Shown: positions 35,737 to 49,400 of the stretch, one piece after another
Position numbering within the stretch: position 1 is the stretch's first letter
Layout: the number at the start of each line of letters is the position of its first letter
Source: Raillietiella orientalis
Lineage: Eukaryota
Assembly (NCBI GenBank): GCA_036172245.1
Contig: JAYWIR010000004.1
Span: 2,604,001-2,668,000, forward strand
Reading direction: 5' to 3'
Length of the DNA: 64,000 nucleotides
Translations under genes and position numbers: made by a program
Notes under the pieces: generated by a model
Told to the model about the DNA's origin: nothing
Seen by the model: only the letters and a program-made list of their open reading frames with translations
Databases searched by the model: none

Positions 35737-38700
35737 CTGCGCGTCGTCCGGGCTGCTGTCAGGGCAAAGCGTTAAGCAACGGGGAGGGGGGAGGGGGGGA
35801 GCAAAAAGCGAGAAAAAAGGAAAAACGGGAAGAAAAAGAAAAGGAGGGGGAGATGAAGAGGCGAAGGGAAGCTGCGTAATCCATTGCTCCCTCCTCCTCT
35901 TTTTCTTTTTCTTCCTTCCTTCCCCCCCCTTCCATCTCTCTCCCTTCCCTGCCTGAGATTAAAGGAGTGAAAGCTGACGCCCGGGATGCACGCCAGGGGA
36001 TGCTCGTTACTCCGCACGGGCGCGTCCCGGGAACGGGGGGAAGCCGGCAGGGAGGAGGAGCGGCCGGGGTTCCCGTCGGCGTCGCCGCGCAACGTGGCGC
36101 CGGCCTTCCGGGCTCAGTCGAGGCCTCGCGCGACTCGAGTGGTCGGGCGCGCTCTTCCCTCCAGGGGGTGCGGAGGAGGAAGGGGTGAGGAGAACCCCCT
36201 CGCTTCTGTGGGAAGGAAAATGAGGGATCCGAAGGAAGAGACCGGGAGGCAGGAGGAGGGGAAGTGGGTGGGTGGAGCGCATCCCCTCGGCCCTCGATCG
36301 TGAAGGGGTGCGCCCTTCCTTTTCAACTCTCCCCCCCCTTACGCCTCCACAGTCTGCCCGCCGTGCGCCGTCGTCTCCCCGCAGGGCCTTACACGCTTGA
36401 CCCGGCTCCATGGCGGCGTGGGAGGCACAGGAGGAGACTTCTGAGCACCCCGACCCCATCCCACCCCTCCTCCTCCGCCACGCCTTTTCTCCATAGCGTC
36501 ACGCGGAGCGCCCAGGGGAGGCCATTACCGGCCGTTTTCCCCGGGCGGACTCGTGAAGCCCCGCATCCTTTCTCCCCCGGGGAAGAAGAGGACGGACTGA
36601 AAAGACATCCTTGGGAAAACCCCGTCTCTTCCCCGCCGCAACCTCCCATATGGGCCGACTGTGCTCGTCTTCCGTTCCCTCCCCCTCCCCCTTTTCTTCC
36701 GAAGAGGAAAACTGTCCCCTTGCCGGAGCGGGACTCCGTGAGGCGAGGTCCCGGACGGGATCTCATCATGCTCGCGCTTCCGCTTGGGAGAGGAGGGAGT
36801 CCACTTCCCTCCACTGTTTCTCCATAGGGGAGGAGGGGAAAACCATGGTTACGGACCGGTGAACGGGAGTCCTCCGACCCCCGGAGAACTTGGCATCATC
36901 TGGGGAAGGTGCGCGTGTCCTGTTCCGTCGCACCCCGTCCCCCGCGTTCCTCGCGGTGGAGGGGACGGCTCCCTCCCTCGGTTCCCTCGACCACCTGGCA
37001 TCCTCCCTCCCTGGGTTACGGTGATACCGCGACGGGGTCTCTTCCTCCTCCCCCACTCCACCCTGGGAGGCAACGGGGGCGAAGACGACAGGGCATAGGG
37101 AGAAGGGTCCCCCGACCTCTGCCCCGTCGAACGCCGCGCCGCCCGCTGGGCTTCGGGGAGGGCGAGACGGAGGTGACGTCACTGCCCGTCGCTTCTTGCG
37201 GGAAGGATGCCGGCAGAGGGAGCGAGAGGAGGATGGCGGAGACGAGGTGTGCGGGTCGCGCGCCTCTCCTTGCGAGGGCACTGGGAGCATTCCCGAGGGA
37301 AGCAGTGCCGCCATTTCTCAGGAGAGGGGGACAGTCTCCCCCGTCCCCCAGGAGGATCCGTGATTGGCAGCGGAGCGGTCAAGGCTGGACGGAGGGCGCG
37401 GACCCACCCTCGCGCCGTCGCCAGAAGTTCCCCTCGAGGGTGACGGCTGCGGATGGCGTCACGCGAAATGATGCCAACCCACCCAGGAACGTTCCAAGAA
37501 AGCTGCGGGGGAAGCAGGGGAGGGGGAGGGGAACGAGGGGGATTGCTCCTCCTTTCTCTTGCTCTTCCCCTGCCCCTTCCTTTCCCGCGCTCCCCTGCCT
37601 CCTCCTCCCTGTCGCCCCGCGAGAGGTGGAGGCGTTGCCAACGACGCAGGAGGCAAGGCCGGGAGGACCCGGACGCGCACGCGCGGGGTGAAAGGGGAGG
37701 GGAGGGGGGGAAGGCAATGTGCCTGCCAAGGCGAAGGCTAGGAGGCGCTCCCCCACGAGACTCGTCGCGTAGGAAGGGTGCGGTGGCGGCACCAGGGAGC
37801 GCGAGACGGATGGGCTGACGGCACCCCCCGGCCCGTCCGCCTGTCGGGTCGGTCGCAGCCCTCGGCAGCAGTGCTGCAGGGGGCGGAGGTCCTGGCAGGG
37901 ATCCGGAAGCCTTCCAACCCCCGTCGATCCTACCAAGAAGGGTTGGGGAGAGGGGGGGAGACGTTCAGCGCAACCGAGCGAGGCCGGCTCGTCTTTCAGC
38001 TGCCTGTGGCACTTCCGAGGGTCGTCGTCTCCAAGGGTGTCCTCCCGGACCAAAGCGTGGCGGCGGCTTATCTGAAGGGGGAGGAGGGGAGAGAAGGGAG
38101 ATGGAGGCTCCGCGTCTTCCGGGTGGCGAGTCCTCCTCACTACCCTCGCAGGTGCACCCTGCAGGGAGCGATCCGGAGGAGACATGCGCGCGCGTAACCG
38201 GGCAGAGGTCCCGGCATCTGCCCTTCCGAGATGCCGCTGCAACGCTGCGAGGAGGGGGCGTCGCCAAGGAGACAGGAGGTGTTTCGGATGCACGTCCCCG
38301 TTTCTGAGCGGGGAAAACAAAACAAAACAAAAAAAAAAAAAACGGTGCGGGCGGAGGGAAGAGCGCGTTCTGGAAAGAACGGGAAGAAAAGGAAGGAGGA
38401 AGGGAAGCGCGCCCTCCCTGTTTCCGCGGCTGGGGGCGTTCCGCGAGTAGGCGAGAGCGCCGCCGGGGTTACCCCCCCTCCTTTTTCCTCCGAGCAGCGC
38501 CGAGAGCTCACATGCCCTTGCCTGCGATTCTCGGTCGCGGCACCCGGACGGGAGGGCTCTCCTCCCCATCCCCCTTTTCTCTTCCCCGGAGAGCGTCCGT
38601 CCCTCGAGCCAATGAGGCTGCAGCGTCGAAGGAGGAGGAGGAGGAGGAGGCTGGAGATCTTCCCCTCCTTCCTGAATCCTTCCAGCCAGCCAGTTCCTCC

Positions 38701-40274
38701 CACCCTATCCGCTCTAACTTCCCTCTCCTGGGCAACGAAAAGGAGGGCGATCTCGCCACTCCCCCCCTCTTCCACCCTGTGCCGCCTAAGGCGCTGATGA
38801 TGGAGGGTTCGCTAGCATCTCAGAGGCCAGCTGTTCCAGCGCTCTTCCGTGACTTCCACCCTTTAGGTGGTGACCTAGGAAAGTGGCCAAGGGAGAGCGA
38901 GGCCCTGGAGAAGCGGCGGACGATCCCGAACACTTTCACTTTCCATAGAGAGAAGTCGGAACTCCAGTGCCTCTCGGTGTTCCGGGAGGAAGAGGGGAAG
39001 GAAGAGAGATTCCTGACTGAGGGTACGCGGTCATGCGGCAGAAAGTGGGAACGTTCCAGAGGGTCGCCAGCCAACCACCACGCCCAGAATCGGACGGCGC
39101 GTCCAGCCGCTACCAAGGAAACCACAAAAGCGGAGATAGTAGAGACCGGACCAGCAAAGGAGGAGAGCCGACACCGCAGAAAAGGCAGCAGAGGCGGGGT
39201 GAGCAGAGCAACGCATGCGCACTCCCGGCCGACAGGCAGATCGCTTCCCGGCCAATCAGCGAGGACCTCAGCCTTGCGCTCCCATCGGGACAACGTGTCT
39301 GCGCCTCCGCAGAGGAGGTAGACCCCGGCTGTGTGCGCCCGACCTCCGACCTGCGTCCAGTCCGAGGTGGTCAGCGAGGTAGAAGAAGGGTCTCTTCGTC
39401 CGCACGCCCGTGAAGGAGGGGCCGAGAGGGAGGGGGGCGAGGAGCGGCCAGAGGGATTGCCCCGAAGGGTCTTCCACTTCTACGCGTGTGCACCTTCGAG
39501 ATCGACCAGCTGGCCAGTGGTGGTCGGTGGGGGCGCGACCGATGAGGGTAGCACCTCCAGGGGATGCGAATTCTCCGTCTCGTACCCTTCGCGCCAACCT
39601 GAGAGGGCAGCTCCCCCTCAACCAGCCGAGGGGAGGGGACAGCCGAGGAAGGCATCTCGCAGGAGGGAGGGTGGGGGTGACCTCAAACTTCCTCTCACCT
39701 GCTCCCCCGGTCTGCCCCAGATTTCGCCCGCGGTAGGTTGTGACGACGGGGACTCGTCGGCTCGGCTGAGGTTTTCCGACCCGCCTGAGCACCACCAAGC
39801 GCGCGCGCACCCGAGGCTTCCATAACCATCCACCTCTTCCCCATCGGCAAGAGCATGGCCACTGGGAGGGACTGGGGGGTCACAACCAGGCCCCGCGGGG
39901 AGTATGTGAGCCTTCCTCGTGTGGTCGTGTGGTTCGACCACCCAGGTGGCGCTTGAAGATTGCGTTTACCTGCGTCAGCAGTGCGCCAGAGACCAGACTC
40001 CCAGGAAGGGGGAGGAGAAGGAGAGGAAGCGCAGGCGCCGGAGGATGTGGCGCCTCTCGCGGTCGGAATGCGAGTCCTCCCTGGGCGACGGAGTTTTCTC
40101 GGTCGAGGCTCCCTTGGCTCCAGGAGACGATCCCGCGCCCCTCCTCCGTCCTCGAGCCGAGCTGCGAGAAGCTTTCCAGCCGGGAAAGAGAATCTTCGAG
40201 GCACAGAGGGCTCTGATAAGATGCCCGTAACCACGGCAACGATCTGAGGCCGTCTCTCGGATTGGTGGGCTTAC

Positions 40275-40451
40275 CGATGACGCTACTGCAGCATCGGGAG
40301 CAGAGCCGTGGCTCGTTGAGTGTGTGGAAGACAGACGTTGCTGCGCCTCAGGGGGTGTTAGCTTCAGCAGCAGCAGGAGAAAAAGAAGCGGTCTATTCGG
40401 ATGACCCGTTTGCTCGGGGATCTTTCTGACTGACATTCGCGGGTATTCCAG
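40275..40451 (-). other. Candidate non-coding 5' UTR exon of prickle
   Basis: Minus-strand acceptor CCCCTTCCCCCAG| at 40452 and donor |GTAAGC at 40274. The prickle ATG exon is itself preceded by a branch-point/acceptor (GCTTAAC...TGACAG, 35756), so upstream exons are expected. A further GTAAGC donor lies at 42067. Confidence 0.4.
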
Positions 40452-43400
40452 CTGGGGGAAGGGGCGTGCCTCTCCCGGACGAGGGCCAGGGTGCTTGGCC
40501 GCCCCAAGAGAAGAACTGGGAAACCGAGCGTCACCTTACGCCAGAGAAGTAGTCCCTGAGGGGCATCCTTAGTTTATGCGAACGGGAAGGCTGAAGGGAG
40601 GAGAGGGAGAAATTGGCCAGATCTTAGCAGCCAGAGCCCATCGGTGAGATTCCTGTGGAGCAAAGGATGGCATGGGAATGAAAGACTCCCCTGCGGAGTC
40701 GAGGTGCAGTCTGGTGGCCGGTCGCTCCTCAGAGTCCAGATTCTCACTCGAGTCGTGGAGGATTCCTCCCGTTCCGGAAAGGAGGCTGCGTAGCGCTCTC
40801 TCTTGCTGATCGCGCATGCGCGCGGACCCCGCCGAAGGATGCAGACCGAACGCGTTGGTCTGGGTGTCGGCGCCTTCCGGCAAGTGGGGCGGCCGGCCGC
40901 AGTCGCTTGGAGGTCGGGGGCCGCTGGAGGGAACAGCTTCCGGGAAGGTCCCGCCCTCCTACCTTTCGGCCTCCTCCTTCCTGACCTTCCGGAGTCGGGC
41001 GCGCCGGTTGGAACGCGCAGTCACGTGACACATGCTCGCTGCCGACCTCGAGCAGGCCAGCAGCACGCGGTGCGGGCGCGCGCGTCTCGCGCCGCTGCCA
41101 CGTACGGCAGCGGCAGAGCGAACGTGGCGCAGGGGGCAGCCCGAACTGCCGGCTTCCTAGGACAGCGGGCACCCCTGCCCTGAGGCGAGAAGAGCATACT
41201 GGGCAAGAGAACGCGCCCTCCCTCCTCACCCCCTCCACTCTAGCCGGATTCGGGGACTCCCGACCCACGAATTCGAGATGGAGAGGAGCGCGTGTGGGCA
41301 CGCAACGTGCGCACGGAACTCCGAGGCCTTCAGGCGGTGTCAGCGGCTCAGAGAGCTGCCTTCTCCTTTGGGGAGTCCGATTTTTCCTCCCTCCCCTCTT
41401 CCTCAGGTTGGGAGCCTGCGGAAGATTGTCAGGGAGGAATGTGGCGCTCCGTGGGGCAGGGGGAGAAATCCAGGGAATGCGCGCTCTGTCCAACTGTCTG
41501 AGGGGGCGCCACAGGGGAGCGCCGAAGCCGCTCCTTGTCGGACCAACTGTGGAGGACCCCAGGGGAGAGCAGCAGAGTCGTCCCCACCCCCACAGGCTGC
41601 GACTGAGCGAGAGACTCGCGGTGGATAAGAAAGGAGGGCGCAGGCTGGAGGAAGGGCTAACCAGAAGGGGGAGGGCGAAACAAGGACAGCAACGGGAACG
41701 GAAGGACCAGCAGTGCTCCCGAAGGGAAGAAAGGCATCGGCCGGCACGCTGCCTTCTCCAGGGGAGTGGGAGTCTCACCCTCTTCTCCCCCTGATGGGAG
41801 GAGCATCCATAAGGAAGGTGGGGGGAGGGAGGGGTAGAAGCGTACAGACAGCACGGGGGAACGGAGTGCGCACAATCAGGAAGCAGGGAAAGGAACTGGG
41901 AATCCTCCCGGCAGTGAAAGGTCCTTGGACGTCCGTAACGGTCCCCCCCCCCCCTTCCCCACTGGGACGTCTCCTCAGAATGACCGAGGGAACCCCTTCC
42001 ACCCGCCTCAGGGAGATGAAAGGGAGGAGCCAACGGGTTGACCGCACCGAAGGGAAAGAAGGCTTACCTGCAGCCCCTGCATCCGTTCCTTCTCGTTCCA
42101 GGGGGACTCTTGCAGGGCAAGGGATGCGCCCTGCGCGCGCGAGCGGCGGGACGGAACGCGTCGGGTGCTCACGCGAGACTGTTGGGTTCGCCTCCGATTC
42201 CGTTGCCGGGACGCGCTTCCCGTTCACCTGGAAACGAAAGCTGCGGCGGAGGAGTCGCGCGCGGGCGCGCCGCCGCCGCTGCTGCTACAGGCTCTCTCAT
42301 CTTCGTCTCTCCGGCCCATGGGACATATGAAAAAGGAAGAAGGGTGCTTCCTTCCGCGCTGCACGGAAGCTCGCGCGGAGGCAGACTGGGCGTGCAAGTC
42401 GACCTCACGGCGACCCCATCCACCCATCCTCGATCCTGTCGCACAGAGGTTTTGCCATCGAATCTTTTTGCACATGAAATGCATGCATGGGTCAAGCCTG
42501 GAGCACGGACGGGCGAAAGGCGCACCCAGGGGCGCAGAAGTCGGGCGCATGTGTCTGCTCGCGCGAGCACTTGAATAGCTCCCGTAATTTCAAGCGGGCG
42601 CTCGCGCGGAGCATTCGAAACGGAGACGAGGCGGTCCCGTCGGGGCTGTGAGCGGTCGGAATCAGCCCCAACCTGCTGAATCCCAGGTCCCGGAGGTGGA
42701 CGCCTGACACTGCCACCTGCAAGGATCGCAGAAGCCGCCTCGTACGGAGCGCGCCAAGCTCGGCAGAGCCGCTCGGCGGGAAACTAGGCCATGAGACTTT
42801 GTGCCGCCACCAGCAGGCGTCACCTCCATCCGCAAGGCTCCTCGCCGCCGCCGCTGCCGTTTCCACGAGCTGCGCGTTTTCCCGAGCCCCCCTCTCCTCC
42901 TTCCCCCTCCGCCCACGTGAATGCTGGAAGTTGACGCGGAAAGAGGAAAGGAGGCTGGAGACGGAGAAGCAGTTCTTCCTGTTTTCCGCAGGCACACCCT
43001 CCCCCTCCTCTCCCCTGAACCGGGAATCCTACTGAGAGGCAAAAACAAGGGGAAAGGGGGGGAAGAAGGCGGGAGAGAGAGAGAGAGAAGGAAAACAGGA
43101 GAACCACTATAGGGAGCAGGCACGCCGCGAGGGCGTGGTTTCCATGAGCTCGGAAAGGAAAGGAGGAAGCGGGCTGAGGAGGGGGGGAGGAGGAGGAGGA
43201 AAGGAACTCGAACGGCTGCCAAGTCGCGGGACTTGTCTCCCCAGCAACCTCCTCTCCCGGCACCGTCTCCACGATGCCGGAGAGCCGCTCCTCCATGTAA
43301 CAAGGCATCTTCAGCCCCGCCTCTCCCCTTCCTTCCTCCTCTGATCACACCAGCTGTCTGGGGAAGGGGGTGGGGAGGAAGGGAAGAAAAGTGGTGATAC

Positions 43401-46400
43401 ACTCTTCTGGGGAGAAAGGAGTCCTTGGAGGCCTCGAGAGTTTCCTTGGCGGGCGTGCCGGAATCTCTCTGCTCCCCCCCCTCTCTCCCCATCCCTTCTC
43501 ACCCTTTTCTTTCCTTACGCTCTTCGAAGCTGCCGACGGCGCTGCCATCGTGCTAGGAGCCCCTCCCGGATGCTCTCCTCAGGACGTGTTCGGCGTCCTG
43601 TTCCCCACTCCTACTCCGCCGCCGCGGGAGACGGAAAGAGTCGGAAAGAGAAGCTGGCCATCCCACACCTTTCGTCTTCCACGTCTGCCCTCCTTCGTCC
43701 TTTCCGTCCCCTCTGGTGACTGCGATCGCTATGCAGCGAAACCAGTCGCCCACTTCCCCCTCCTTCCTCCTCCTCTAGAGCGCATCTTGATCCCCAGGAT
43801 GCACTCGAGCGGTTCCGTTGATCTTCCGCTTTCACGGGGCGCGTCCCGCTTCGCGGTTTCTGATCTTCTGGGAGGAGAAGGCGGAAAGAGAGGAGGACAG
43901 GCGTTTCCTGTCGCCTATTTCAGCCCTTCCTCTCCGGTCCGCACGGGGGCGTCATTCTCTGAAAAGGTAGGAGCTCCTGTCGGCATCTCCTTCACTCCTC
44001 CTCCTCCTCCTCCTCGTTCCCCCATTCCCTAGGGAACCTGCATCCCAGTCTTCGGGATCCTAGCGAGCTCTGCCGGCTCAGGAGGAAGCGATCCTCCCGC
44101 TCTCCTTCTGCTGTTCCCGCAGAAGGAAGACTCCGAGAACGGACGGGAGAACCCGGAACCGTCTTCCTCTCTGTGCGCTTCTCGGAAGGCTCGCAAGCGC
44201 TCGCTAATTGTCCTCCCTTCCCCTTTTCCTCGCTTCCTCCTGTTGCCGTTGCGACCTTTCCTGCAATGACAGACAGGAATGGACCTCTTCGCGGAGGTGG
44301 GCGCGTCTTCGGCTGCCTCCGAGATGTGGGGGCGGGATTCCCTCGAGGCTCGGAGAATGGGCGTTCTCGAACGGCCCTTCTTTCTGCCCCGAATGGCGAG
44401 GAGGAGAGGAAACTCTCTTGGGAGAGGGAAAAGGGAGCGAAGGAACCCTATATCCTCCTTTCATGGAAAGTCCCCTCCTCAGAGAAAGAGAACCGGTCGT
44501 AGGGGTAAAGTTTTCAACTAGCAATAATCGCGTCTCAATCGCCTTCCTCGGCTACGATATTGCCCGTGAGCAAGGCTGGGTGAGACTCCGCCGTCCTCCA
44601 GACAGGGCCGATGGAACCGAGCGCTCCAGAGTGGGCTGCCTCGCCAGGAAATGGCGCTCACTTGTCTCCTCCTCTGGGAGGCAGCTCCAATGGTCCCCTT
44701 CGTGTTTCCGTGGGAACGGATAGCGGTTCCTTCCGACCGTGGGGATTGACAGTTTGAGGAGGCGTCACTGGAGCTCTCCTGACAGGCTGCTGGAGACAGG
44801 AGCGAGCGTCCAAGGAGAGGAAAGAAAGGAAGAGAAAACGATGATCCGGGAGACCCGTCTCGGAAAGGCCTGGAGAGAGTCCGAGAGGGAGGCAGGGCAT
44901 CGCCCTTCTTCTACGCCACGTGTTTCGTGAGAGCAGCGGCCTACCCGAAGATCGAGAGCCGCAATCTCAAAAGGGGCGCCTTGGAAATGCCTCTACCACC
45001 CCATCCAACTCTCGTCTCTTACTCATTCTCCCGCAAGGAAGGATGAGTGGGAGGCGAAAAGGAAGAGGGGGGGGGGGAAAGGAAGAGAGTCGTCAGCAGG
45101 AAGACAGGGAAAAGTCAGGAGCTCAGGGATGTCACCGTTGTCAAGCCCGCGGGAAGGAAGAAGACGGTGGCGGTGAGGGCAGCCAAAGAGGTCGGGAGGT
45201 AGACGCCCCCCGCGGGCGCAGCGGCCGACAGTGACCTTGGCATCGTCAGCCGCTCTCTTCCTCCCCGACTCGGTACGGAACTCTTCTGTCCACAGGATCC
45301 TACCGTCCGCGACGTTCCGGGTCCACGGGACGGTGAGTTGTTGTTCCGCATCGCCTACCCCGTGGAGGGGGTCCTCCTAGGCAGAGAGGAGGAAAGACAG
45401 AGGAAAGGACAGCGTTCCCACAGCTTCTCCTTTTCTTCCTCCTGCTCTCGCGTTGGCCCCACAAGTGCCCGCGCCCCACGAAGGGAGGAGGGGGGGGGGG
45501 CTGGTGTTCGTCAGGATGGCGTGACAACTCCCCTGGAGCAAGAGGGCGCACACAGAGGTTGTCTTGATCGAGAAGAAGAGCGCTGGTCTAGGCTCGCCTC
45601 AATGTTCCTGGTTCTTCTTCCGGGTGTGAAGTGTGAAGCTTCCGGGAAAGAGCGGCGACCGCATCTGTGGCAAGCGACCTGGAGAGAACAGGCACGGCCC
45701 TCGGGATTCCTCGGTTTACTCGGGAACCTGCACTGAGATGTGTCTAATCTCATGCCGAGAAGGCAGAGGGGGAGGTTCTGGGAAGACGGCTGGAGCCCCG
45801 GGAAGAACTGGAGGAAAGAAGCGCACTCTGTGCAAATGTGGCGGGAGATAACTTCCGGAGGAGATGGGGAAGAAGGGAAGAAAAGGAAGAACTTGAGGAG
45901 AGATACCCCCCCCCCAAAAAAAAAAAAAAAAAAAACGTAGTTTCTGAGGAAGCCTCAGAAACTCCCGGTTTTTCTAGCTTCAGGAAGCCACTCTCCGGGA
46001 GCGGAGTAGAAGGACCGCTATTCTGGACCGATCCGTTTCCTTACGGAGAGAGGCGGTCGCTTCCGAACGTGCCACTCAGGCGCGAGAGTGGAAAAAGCAG
46101 AAAAAGTGGCAGCGCGCCTTCGTCGCCGTTATTGACATGGTAACGAGCGCTATCGGATCCGCGTATCCTCTGGTGTCGACCTGTTTGGGTAGCGAGATGT
46201 CCCTTTGCCTCTGTCCTTCTCGCATCCTTGTCCTCTCGTCCCCTCCCATAGTCTGACCTCGGAGGTCACCAGCAGCTGCAGTAAACAGCATGGATCAGCA
46301 AGTTTCCTCCAGAATATTAGCAGACTGGGAGTGTCAGGGGAGCATCTAGAGCTACGAGAAACGTTCTTGCACTGAGGGGAGCCTCGGATGAGAGCAGAAC

Positions 46401-49400
46401 CAAAGGAGGATTCCTCCACGGAACAGGAAAGGAGGAGAAGGAGGAGGGAAATCAGAACTCGTGGGGTGGTCTGGAAGGGACGAGAGAGATGTGATTCTGA
46501 GCCAAAGTGGAAGGGATTTCGTTGGCTGGAACCCTGGAAGACGAGAGGGAGCCCCGCCCTTCCTCCTTCACCTTCTCCTCCTCCCTACCTCCTCCATCAC
46601 CCTTGCTCCTATCCAAGACGTCTCATTTGCTCCCGCAGGGCACGTTTTCCGCTCTCTTCCCAGAGGAGAGGAAGGGGGACTGGACGGGAGCGCCGATAGC
46701 GGTCGACGTGGGTGAGGCGAACTCTGTAGACGAGAGGGAAAGGGGAAGTGGTGGATTGCCTACCATGGACCTCGTACAGGAATGGCAATCACTCCCTGGA
46801 CCGAAAGGGATTTTCCCTGGGGGATGTCTTCTACTTCAAGACAGGACGGAGGGAGTCATTGGAGTGTCCAAGAAAAGACCACTAGGGGTTGTCAAAGGGA
46901 TCGCTGCTCGAGGGAAGAGGAGGGGTGTATCAATACCGCGCCCAGTCGGAGGAACAGCTGTAGGCTAGAGTCTGGCTGCCGAGAGTTTAGAGGGAGGGGA
47001 AGAATAAAGGAAGATGATCCGTCAGATGTTACAGTCTCCGCTCTCTTTCAAGGGCTCCAGGAACCTCGGTTTCCTTGGAAGCTGCCGCAGCACCTGGCTG
47101 TAGGAACACTCGGGTCTCCTCTTTTTGGCGTTTTCGAGGGATGCGCGGACGTAGAGTGCCTTTCGTCCGTGTTGCGGGGCAACGTCCTTTGCGTCTCTCT
47201 CCACGGCGAGAGGTCATGGATTCTGAGAACTTTGCCGCTGCTCTCGCCCCAGCCACCGGCCTTCGCTGCGCCAAGAGCGGGAAGCGCCGAACCCTCACTC
47301 CGGCCATACGGCTGGGACTGCTGCGGTGCTCAGCGGCGATCAGCTTGGGAAGGCAGACAAGCTGCGTCGCGGGACCTCTGCCCCTCACGTTGGCAAAGAA
47401 GGAGGCAGCATCCACCACTGCCACTAGCCAGCACGCCGTATCCCTCTCGGGACCCCAGACTTCCGTGGAAAACTCCTCCTAGCAAGGATACTGCAAGGTC
47501 GCCTCCTTCCTCTTCTTCGTCCAGTCAGTCGAAGAAATCTGTAATCCGGAGTCCTGCTCGCGAGAGCGTAGTGGTTCCAGGAAGACCCGGGAGGAAGCTG
47601 TGAGATGAGGACCCTGTTGCGCACTTCCCGATGGTCTAACCGAAGGGCTTTGTTCGCTAGCAACGAGGACTCCGAAAGCAGCTCTTGCCCAGCTTTCCCC
47701 TCCTCCCCGACTTCCTTCTTTCCTTTGATGACGACCATCTCATCCTCACGAGGGAAGAAGTCCCCTCCTCCCGTTTCTGAAGGAGGTTGCCAGGGACGGG
47801 CACGCTGAGATCCCAAGACGCCTGCTCCGTGCCGCGTACACGGATGCACGGTCATGGAGGGAAACTGCTGAGCATCCAGGATTAAGAGAAGCTCGATTTA
47901 CGGGAGCACCTGGGTTTGGCCTGGACGTGTCGCGCCCACGCCTACTCGTGGGGTCTCGAAAAGCACGCGTATGCGCCTTGCCGACGTTCCCTCGCGAAAC
48001 CCATGGGAGCTTTTCACAGACCCATTAAGGACAATTCCGTCCTTCCCTAAGTTCCTCACGAGATGTCGTTTTGGGGACGAAGAATGTACCCGCAGGGAAC
48101 CTCTTCCTTCCCTCCTCCCTCCCCTTCCTCTCCTCTCTTCTGGACCACAGCCCGCTTGACATCCTCTGGCAGAAGGGTCTCAAAACACAATCTCCCTTCC
48201 ATGCCAACCACTCTCAGCGTATTCGCCTTTTTTCCAGATGCCTTTGCATCCCTCTTCCGTCTTTCCTCCCGGTTCCCCGAGAAGATGCTAGATGCTTGGC
48301 TCGTTTCCACGGGGGAAGGGGGGGAGGGGCAGAAGTAGCGAGCGAGCGCGCGATCCGGATGGCTGGAAACAGTTGTTCCCAGAGACCAGTGGATCGGGAG
48401 CGGTATTGCGTTTATTCCGGGAGGGTTTTAGGGAAGAGGGGGTGGAGGCGGTGCACCCTCCTCTCGCTGGCTGCGCCTCCTGAGGAGGAAGCAGCCTCAA
48501 ACTTCTACCCTCCTGCGGAGGCTTACTCGGAGCCGACTCGAAAAAGGTCATTCCGCTCCAGGGATTAGGACAGGAACTTCCTTCAGGTGTTGGCACGAGC
48601 TGCTTGGGAAGGTCGCTGTTTCGGGAGGGAGGGAGCTTAGGTCAGACTGATCCCGCCACTGCCCAGCGTCAAGCGAAGAGTGCCCCCTGCCAGTACCCGG
48701 TTCGCTCCTTCGCGTGTAGCCTGAAAGGGCGAGGAGGGGCAACGATTCCGTATCCGAGCTTCTCCTCCCCGCTCCCTTTCGAAATGGGTGACCTCTTCCC
48801 TCCCCCAGGTTCGGAGGACAGAGACTCGAGAGCACTATTCCCTGAAGAGTTCTCTCACACTCCTCGAACGAGCTTTCGAGGCTGGATCCGTATCAGCGCG
48901 GGACCCATCCCTATTGGATAAGGATTTCCTACGCGGACGAGGGGGGTATAGCCTGTCCTTAGTAGCGCTGAGCTTTGCGACCGTCCTCCTCCGATGGAGA
49001 TGCTCCGACAGACCTCGTTCGGTGAGCCGTCCTCGGTCACTCCCATCCACGTTTCAGGATAACCATTCGGACGCCGCTTCCTGATGCAAAGGGAGAGTTT
49101 ATGAGGAAGCATTCCTGAGAGTGTCATTCCCACAGCATCCAGTCCGGAGTAACGCTATTCTTGGACGATTCTTAGTCTTTCTGTCTTTGCAGAGATCAGG
49201 AGGGAATCGAGGCCGCCTCACTTGGAGTCCCAGAAATATCCAGAAACATCCCATGTCATCTTCCGTGTCAGGAAAGCTGAGCTGAGCGAGCGCCGTTTCC
49301 TGGCGAGGAAGTGCCAGTGTCGAATGTCCGAGACTCGCGCGCTCTCTTCCCTCCTCCGCACCTCCACTGGTCCAAAGTTCCCGAAGCGGATACCGGCAGG

